Assembly (NCBI GenBank): GCA_021640525.1
Contig: JAJXBQ010000001.1
Span: forward strand, 1 to 41,573
Direction of reading: 5' to 3'
Source of the DNA: Segatella copri
GTDB taxonomy: Bacteria; Bacteroidota; Bacteroidia; Bacteroidales; Bacteroidaceae
DNA length: 41,573 bases
The notes under the pieces were generated by a model that did no database searches, was not told where the DNA came from, and worked only from the letters and a program-made list of their open reading frames with translations. Within the stretch, counting starts at the first letter, position 1. Each line of letters opens with the position of its first letter. The translations under genes were made by a program, and so were the position numbers. This document shows positions 35,910 to 41,573 of the stretch, piece by piece.

Positions 35910-36911
35910 CTAAAATGCTGATGGCTTGAGTTTCAAACCTGCTGTCTGGTCGAGACCAAACATGATGTTCATGTTCTGAACAGCCTGACCTACGGCACCC
36001 TTCAGAAGATTGTCGATGCAGGAAGTAATCAGTAGCTTATCGCCATACTTATCCACATGAACCAGGCACTTGTTGGTATTCACAACCTGCTTCAAGTCGA
36101 TTGCCTTATCCACATAGTGGGTGAACTTGGCATCCTTGTAGAACTCCTTGTAACCTGCCACGATTTCCTCGATTGGCTTATCGGTCTTTACCACTTCTGT
36201 AGCGAAGATGCCACGGGCGAAGTCGCCACGGTAAGGGATGAAGTCGATGGCTGCATCGAGATAACCCTGTGTCTGCTTCAGACTCTGACGAATCTCTGGC
36301 ACGTGCTGATGGTTGAATGCCTTGTAGATGCTCATGTTGTTGTTGCGCCATGAGAAATGGGTAGTGGCGCCTGGCTTCTGACCAGCACCGGTGCTACCGG
36401 TAATGGCGTTGACAGATACATCGCTGTTGATGAGGCCCATCTTAGCAGCAGGCAACAAACCAAGTTGAATGCAGGTTGCAAAACAACCTGGGTTTGCCAC
36501 GTGCTGAGCTACGGCTATTTTTGATTCATTTATTTCTGGAAGACCATATACAAAATCGTGAGCGGCTGGGGTTGGCTGCTGGGTAGCAACCACTGTCTCT
36601 GGGGCAAGACGAAAGTCCTGTGCCAGGTCGATAATCTTCACGTTCTCCGGAACATTGTGCTCCTTCAGGAACGCCTCGCTCTTGCCATGACCGAAGCAGA
36701 AGAAGATAACATCCACCTGATCGAAAGGCATCTCGGCGGTAAACTTCAAGTCGGTCTCGCCATACAATCCCTCGTGAACCTCAGCCACTAGGTTGCCGGC
36801 GTTACTCTCGCTGTTGGCAAATACAATCTCTGCCTCAGGATGGTTGATAAGGAGGCGAATCAACTCACCTCCTGTATAACCAGCTGCTCCTAAAATACCT
36901 ACTTTTACCAT
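35910..36911 (-). CDS. argC: N-acetyl-gamma-glutamyl-phosphate reductase
   Basis: GAAGYTGGEL, VANPGCFAT, GSTGAG, IDNLLKGAVGQAVQNMN. Confidence 0.97.
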   Translation of the reverse strand: MVKVGILGAAGYTGGELIRLLINHPEAEIVFANSESNAGNLVAEVHEGLYGETDLKFTAEMPFDQVDVIFFCFGHGKSEAFLKEHNVPENVKIIDLAQDFRLAPETVVATQQPTPAAHDFVYGLPEINESKIAVAQHVANPGCFATCIQLGLLPAAKMGLINSDVSVNAITGSTGAGQKPGATTHFSWRNNNMSIYKAFNHQHVPEIRQSLKQTQGYLDAAIDFIPYRGDFARGIFATEVVKTDKPIEEIVAGYKEFYKDAKFTHYVDKAIDLKQVVNTNKCLVHVDKYGDKLLITSCIDNLLKGAVGQAVQNMNIMFGLDQTAGLKLKPSAF

Positions 36912-36914
36912 AAT

Positions 36915-37403
36915 TTAAGTGAAGAGTGAAGAACGAAGAGTGAAGAATTCTCTTGTCCTTCTGATTATTTGTTGTTTCTTTGTTTTGTCGTCTTTATGGA
37001 TGAAACGAGGAGTGCAATCAATTCATTACAGTCATTGAGCATACTTTCGAATGCATTTTGGTCAATGTAGTCTGTGTCATGAAGAAGGTTCAGCCAATAG
37101 TAAGTTTCGTTTCCTTCTTTTAGAGCTATGGAAAGTTTGTTGGCAAAGTCTTGTGGACTTTGAGCAAACTCAGCTTCTCTAACTAAAGCTCCTATGGCAG
37201 TTCCTGAGCGAAGAATTTGATTTGTAATGGTAAACTCCTTTTTGCAAGAATTGATATGTTTAACCATTTTTACAATTCTCACTGCAAAGAGATAACTCTT
37301 CGTATGTAAAGGAGAATTCTCCCTATTATATTCGTTAATATTTTTAAATCCCATCACAAAAGCATTTGAATTCTTCACTCTTCACTCTTCGTTCTTCACT
37401 TAA
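36915..37403. mobile_element. Candidate element: four-helix-bundle gene between 36-bp inverted heptamer arms
   Basis: Left arm 36915-36950 and right arm 37368-37403 are inverted, 32/36 identical, each ending in TTAA; the unit fills the argG-argC gap. Confidence 0.6.
36965..37354 (-). CDS. Four-helix-bundle protein (23S rRNA IVP / TIGR02436-like), 129 aa from ATG 37354
   Basis: KSYLFAVRIV...QILRSGTAIGALVREAEFAQS..DFANKLSIALKEGNETYYWLNLL...EL..LL.SSIKT. Confidence 0.92.
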   Translation of the reverse strand: MGFKNINEYNRENSPLHTKSYLFAVRIVKMVKHINSCKKEFTITNQILRSGTAIGALVREAEFAQSPQDFANKLSIALKEGNETYYWLNLLHDTDYIDQNAFESMLNDCNELIALLVSSIKTTKQRNNK

Positions 37404-37404
37404 C

Positions 37405-38607
37405 TTATCTTTGTTCGTCTGGGTGCATACCATAATAAACACGGAGTGGGGTAGAGCTTACCTTGATGAAGCCCTTTGCATCCTCGGCTGTCCAACCGTG
37501 CTGCATCTCACCATACTCACCGAGCTTAGACTTGGTCAAATCGTCTGGTGAATCGACACCAACAGTCTGGAAGCTAAATGGACGGAGTTTCAGGATAGCT
37601 GTACCGTTTACGTTGCGCTGAGAAGAAGTCAGCATTGCCTCGATATCCGGCATCACTGGCTCCAGGTACTGGCTCTCGTGGAGGAACATTCCGTACCAGT
37701 TGCCTACCTGATCCTTCCAATACTGCTGCCACTTGCTCAATGTGCTCTTCTCCAACAGACGGTGAGCCTCGATGATGAGCTTAGGAGCTGCAGCCTCGAA
37801 ACCTACACGACCCTTGATACCGATGATGGTGTCACCCACGTTGCAGTCGCGACCGATAGCGTAAGATGCACCAATCTCCTCAATCTTCTGGATGGCTGCA
37901 ATCTTATCATCAAACTTCTCGCCGTTGACAGCCACAATCTCACCCTTCTCGAAGGTAATCTTCAGTTCGGCCTCTTCTTCCTTGGCAGTAACGTGCTTCA
38001 GGTAAGCCTCCTCTGGGAGACCTTGGGTTGGGTCGAGAATCTCACCACCACAGATGCTGGTTCCCCAGATACCTACGTTATATGAATACTTCAACTTGGT
38101 GAAGTCTGCATAGAAGCCGTGCTCGTTCAGGTAGTCAACCTCCTCCTTACGAGAAAGCGCCTTGTCACGTGTCAAGGTGATAATCTCTACACCAGGAGCC
38201 ATCACCAGGAAGGTCATGTCGAAACGAATCTGGTCGTTGCCGGCACCTGTACTTCCGTGAGCGATAGCATCTGCACCAATCTCCTTGGCGTAACGTGCGA
38301 TGGCGATAGCCTGGAAGATACGCTCAGAAGATACAGAGATAGGGTAGCAGTTGTTGCGGAGCACATTACCGAAAATCATGTATTTCAATGATTTCTCGTA
38401 ATACTCGTGGGTAACGTCGAGAGTGACGTATGCCTTGGCGCCCAACTTATATGCATTTTCCTCGTTGGTCTTCAACTGCTCGGCAGAGAAACCACCTGTG
38501 TTAGCGCATGCTGCATAAACATCCCAGCCATCCTGGGTCAACTTCATTACTGTGTATGATGTATCGAGACCGCCGCTGAAAGCGACTACTACTTTTTTAT
38601 TTGCCAT
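37405..38607 (-). CDS. argG: Argininosuccinate synthase
   Basis: VVAFSGGLDTS, AHGSTGAGNDQIRF, IGIKGRVGFEA. Confidence 0.97.
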   Translation of the reverse strand: MANKKVVVAFSGGLDTSYTVMKLTQDGWDVYAACANTGGFSAEQLKTNEENAYKLGAKAYVTLDVTHEYYEKSLKYMIFGNVLRNNCYPISVSSERIFQAIAIARYAKEIGADAIAHGSTGAGNDQIRFDMTFLVMAPGVEIITLTRDKALSRKEEVDYLNEHGFYADFTKLKYSYNVGIWGTSICGGEILDPTQGLPEEAYLKHVTAKEEEAELKITFEKGEIVAVNGEKFDDKIAAIQKIEEIGASYAIGRDCNVGDTIIGIKGRVGFEAAAPKLIIEAHRLLEKSTLSKWQQYWKDQVGNWYGMFLHESQYLEPVMPDIEAMLTSSQRNVNGTAILKLRPFSFQTVGVDSPDDLTKSKLGEYGEMQHGWTAEDAKGFIKVSSTPLRVYYGMHPDEQR

Positions 38608-38683
38608 TTTATTTTATGTTTAATATGTGGTGAATAATGTTTAGATGGCATTCTTGCCAACACCTTAAATTATATATAAGGAT

Positions 38684-39295
38684 TTAAATTTCTGCAGATG
38701 GACCGTCAATCTTGCGGATTCTCTCAATCACTTCCTGAGGAAGCTTGATAGGCAGATGCTCCTCTGGGTCGAAGAGCATGGCGGTGCAGATGCAGTATTT
38801 GCGGTTGGTACGATGGAGGACATCCACGTTGATGCAACCCTCGCAACCACGCCAGAATGACTCATCATCGGTCAGGTCGGCGAAGGTAACAGGAAGATAA
38901 CCCAACTGGGTGTTCATCTTCATGACAGCCGAACCGGATGTCAAAGAGAAAATCTTGGCATGAGGCCATCGCTGTCGGGCAAGCGTAAAGGTCAGGTTCT
39001 TGATACGCTTAGCCAGTCCCATACCACGGAAGTCTGGGTGAACGATCAAACCTGATGTGGTAACATAGTGCTTGTTGCCCCATGTTTCGATGTAGCTGAA
39101 ACCTGCGAACTTTTCGCCCTGGAGAGCGATGACCGCCTTGGCTTCGCGCATCTTGGTGGCAACATACTCTGGTGAACGCTTGGCGATACCAGAACCACGC
39201 TTCTTTGCAGCTTCTGCAATTGTAGTCAGAATGGTGTCGATGTACTTGATGTGACTTTCGTCAGCCACCATTACTTTAACTTCTGCTTCTTCCAT
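38684..39295 (-). CDS. GNAT N-acyltransferase, probable ArgA-equivalent
   Basis: SGLIVHPDFRGMGLA acyl-CoA motif; FWRGCEGC...C.C; lies between argR and argG. Confidence 0.8.
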   Translation of the reverse strand: MEEAEVKVMVADESHIKYIDTILTTIAEAAKKRGSGIAKRSPEYVATKMREAKAVIALQGEKFAGFSYIETWGNKHYVTTSGLIVHPDFRGMGLAKRIKNLTFTLARQRWPHAKIFSLTSGSAVMKMNTQLGYLPVTFADLTDDESFWRGCEGCINVDVLHRTNRKYCICTAMLFDPEEHLPIKLPQEVIERIRKIDGPSAEI

Positions 39296-39363
39296 TTTTT
39301 CTCTTCTATCTTAAAATGTTTTTGTTTTAATATTCTTTCTTTATATTAATAAAGTGTATATTT

Positions 39364-39377
39364 TGCATAAAAATGTA
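39364..39377. promoter_or_regulatory. Candidate ARG box between argR and the GNAT gene
   Basis: TGCATAAAAATGTA. Confidence 0.4.
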
Positions 39378-39383
39378 AACACC

Positions 39384-39872
39384 TTATACATATTTATGGT
39401 GAACGTCTGGAATAACCTCTGCTAGTGCATTGATGATTTCCTCTTCTGTTGTACCTTTCTTCTTAACCAGAAAAATGGTGTCGTCACCTGCAATGGTTCC
39501 CAGAATTTGGGGAATATCGCTATTATCTATATTATAGGCAATGCTGCTTGCATATCCCGGACGGGTCTTGATCACGACCATGTTCCCGGAGAAGTTGATA
39601 GACTGGAATCCGGTATTCACCATCATCTTGCTCACTGGAATATGGTTTGATACTCTCTTATATAATGTATCGTTGGGCAGGACATACGCATATTTTCCAC
39701 TCGAAGATGCTGCCTTTGCCACCTTGAGCAGTTTTAAGTCACGGCTCAATGTGGCTTGTGTAATCTTAAAGCCTTCTTTGTGAAGAGCCTCCAAAAGTTG
39801 GTCTTGCGAACTTAACTCCTGACTTGATATAAGCATCTTCAAAGTTTCCAATCTGCTATTCTTTGCCTTCAT
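39384..39872 (-). CDS. argR: Arginine repressor (start re-called at ATG 39872)
   Basis: SSQDQL, TQATLSRDL, KTRPGYA, GTIAGDDT. Confidence 0.97.
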   Translation of the reverse strand: MKAKNSRLETLKMLISSQELSSQDQLLEALHKEGFKITQATLSRDLKLLKVAKAASSSGKYAYVLPNDTLYKRVSNHIPVSKMMVNTGFQSINFSGNMVVIKTRPGYASSIAYNIDNSDIPQILGTIAGDDTIFLVKKKGTTEEEIINALAEVIPDVHHKYV

Positions 39873-39876
39873 ATGC

Positions 39877-40010
39877 TGTATTTTTATTCGTTTAACGGCT
39901 GCAAAATTACAATATATTTTGTAAATAACCAAATAAAATGAAAGAAAAATGCATAAAATAACATTATTTTGTCTTTTGTTATGCATAAATGCGGAATAAA
40001 TATGCATATA
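39877..40010 (-). promoter_or_regulatory. argR promoter with candidate ARG boxes
   Basis: Minus-strand TAATTTTG at 39902-09; TGTATTTTTATTCG 39877-90; several TGCATA half-sites at 39950-40010. Confidence 0.5.
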
Positions 40011-40203
40011 TTGCCTTCTTTCATACAAATATTCTACACTTGGCTTTTGATGCAGAATAGCCTTTTTATCCATTTTAAGCTAATTATTGTAAATTATTGA
40101 AAAAAAGTCTACGGAAACCGCATCGGTTCAATTAGTTTTTGTTATCTTTGCAGACACAATTCTTAGATTATAATCAACTTAATATAAAATAAACCTTTAG
40201 AAG

Positions 40204-41532
40204 ATGGAAAAAATGAATGTTAAACCAGCAGAAGGTAAGCTGGGAATCTTGGTTGTTGGTTGTGGCGCAGTAGCTACTACCTTCATGACCGGTGTTTTCA
40301 TGACTCGTAAGGGACTTGCAAAGCCAGTAGGTTCAATGACTCAGTACGACAAGATTCGTGTCGGCAAGGGTGCAGACAAGAAATATTTGCACTATAAGGA
40401 CATCGTTCCACTTGCAGACCTTAATGATATCGTATTCGGTACTTGGGATGTTTATCCGCAGAATGCTTATCAGGCAGCTATGTATGCTGAGGTATTGAAG
40501 GAGAAAGATATCAATCCTGTACGCGAGGAGTTGGAGAAGGTAGTACCAATGAAGGCTGCTTTCGACAAGAACTATGCAAAGCGTCTTGATGGCGATAATG
40601 TGAAAGATTGCAAGACTCGCTGGGAGATGGTAGAGGCTCTTCGTCAGGATATCCGCGACTTCAAGGAGAAGAACGGTTGTGCCCGTATCGTTGTTATCTG
40701 GGCAGCATCTACCGAAATCTATGTTCCTGTAGATATGGAGATTCATGGTACATTGGCAGCACTTGAGGCTGCAATGAAGGCTGACGACCGCCAGCATGTA
40801 GCTCCATCCATGTGCTACGCTTATGCTGCTTTGACAGAGGGTGCTCCTTTCATCATGGGCGCTCCTAATACAACTGTTGATATTCCTGCAATGTGGGAAC
40901 TCGCAGAGAAGACCAAGATGCCTATTGCCGGTAAGGACTTCAAGACAGGCCAGACTCTTGTCAAGAGTGGTTTCGCTCCTATCATCGGTACCCGTTGTCT
41001 CGGCTTGAATGGCTGGTTCTCTACCAATATTCTCGGCAACCGTGATGGTCTCGTTCTCGATGAGCCAGCAAACTTCCATACCAAGGAGGTAAGTAAACTC
41101 TCTACTCTTGAGACAATCCTGAAACCAGAAGCTCAGCCAGATCTCTATGGTCATGGTAACGATGAAGATACTCAGTACTATCACAAGGTACGTATCAACT
41201 ATTATCCACCTCGCAACGATAACAAGGAGGGTTGGGATAATATCGATATCTTCGGCTGGATGGGTTACCCAATGCAGATTAAGATTAACTTCCTCTGCCG
41301 TGATTCAATCCTTGCTGCTCCATTGCTGCTCGACCTTACATTGTTGAGCGATCTTGCTGCTCGTGCAGGCCGTTTCGGAATCCAGCGTTTCTTGAGTTTC
41401 TTCCTTAAGGCACCTATGCACGATTATACTAAGGGTGAAGAGCCTGTAAACCATCTCTACCAGCAGTATACGATGCTGAAGAATGCTATTCGTGAGATGG
41501 GAGGTTACGAGGCCGATGAGGAAATCGACTAA
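40204..41532 (+). CDS. ino1: Myo-inositol-1-phosphate synthase
   Basis: VGCGAVATT, WAASTE, GKDFKTGQT, NILGNRDG, DNKEGWD, CRDSILAAPL; TATCTTTG promoter at 40143-50. Confidence 0.95.
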   Translation: MEKMNVKPAEGKLGILVVGCGAVATTFMTGVFMTRKGLAKPVGSMTQYDKIRVGKGADKKYLHYKDIVPLADLNDIVFGTWDVYPQNAYQAAMYAEVLKEKDINPVREELEKVVPMKAAFDKNYAKRLDGDNVKDCKTRWEMVEALRQDIRDFKEKNGCARIVVIWAASTEIYVPVDMEIHGTLAALEAAMKADDRQHVAPSMCYAYAALTEGAPFIMGAPNTTVDIPAMWELAEKTKMPIAGKDFKTGQTLVKSGFAPIIGTRCLGLNGWFSTNILGNRDGLVLDEPANFHTKEVSKLSTLETILKPEAQPDLYGHGNDEDTQYYHKVRINYYPPRNDNKEGWDNIDIFGWMGYPMQIKINFLCRDSILAAPLLLDLTLLSDLAARAGRFGIQRFLSFFLKAPMHDYTKGEEPVNHLYQQYTMLKNAIREMGGYEADEEID

Positions 41533-41573
41533 TTAGGTTATTTCATTTAATACTACACCTTATTATATAAGGC

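Noticed and set aside
36965..37378. Four-helix gene as evidence of a DGR or a 23S rRNA gene; GTG start at 37378
   Set aside because: No reverse transcriptase, template/variable repeat pair or rRNA sequence in the window. The GTG lies within the repeat arm, so ATG 37354 is preferred.
39873..40073. 67-aa N-terminal extension of ArgR in the ORF track
   Set aside because: Runs through the promoter and ARG-box region; the ArgR domain starts at ATG 39872. Similar over-extensions were trimmed for proC, argD and the 32370 barrel gene.

Overview
Bacteroidales chromosome segment, most likely Prevotella/Segatella copri-like. This is inferred from the many TTTG-N19-20-TAnnTTTG promoters and the gene order. 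The backbone is a minus-strand arginine/proline cluster (argR, GNAT, argG, argC, argD | proC, XRE-cupin regulator, acyl-CoA synthetase, proB | proA, argF'), with ino1 diverging at the right end. Two accessory blocks interrupt it. The block at about 11.8-22.5 kb holds a truncated DUF1016 gene, a lipoprotein with a structured leader, a DUF3990 trio, an AAA ATPase, and a SusR-like regulator/TonB receptor/GH36 locus. The block at about 26.7-34.5 kb holds a LytTR/TonB/TPR/beta-barrel operon, a KilA-N pseudogene, a lipoprotein, and a beta-barrel gene with a sigma-54-type promoter. The left end has an HU-like gene preceded by 22-bp palindromic repeats, and two convergent DUF6057-like + CxxCH beta-propeller gene pairs. 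The most striking observation is a four-helix-bundle (23S-rRNA-IVP/Avd-like) gene that fills the argG-argC gap between 36-bp inverted arms built from GTGAAGA heptamers. A near-identical solo arm sits 27 kb away at the proA stop codon. This is a candidate dispersed element, either mobile or processed at the RNA level. All family calls come from motif recognition by eye; no searches were run.
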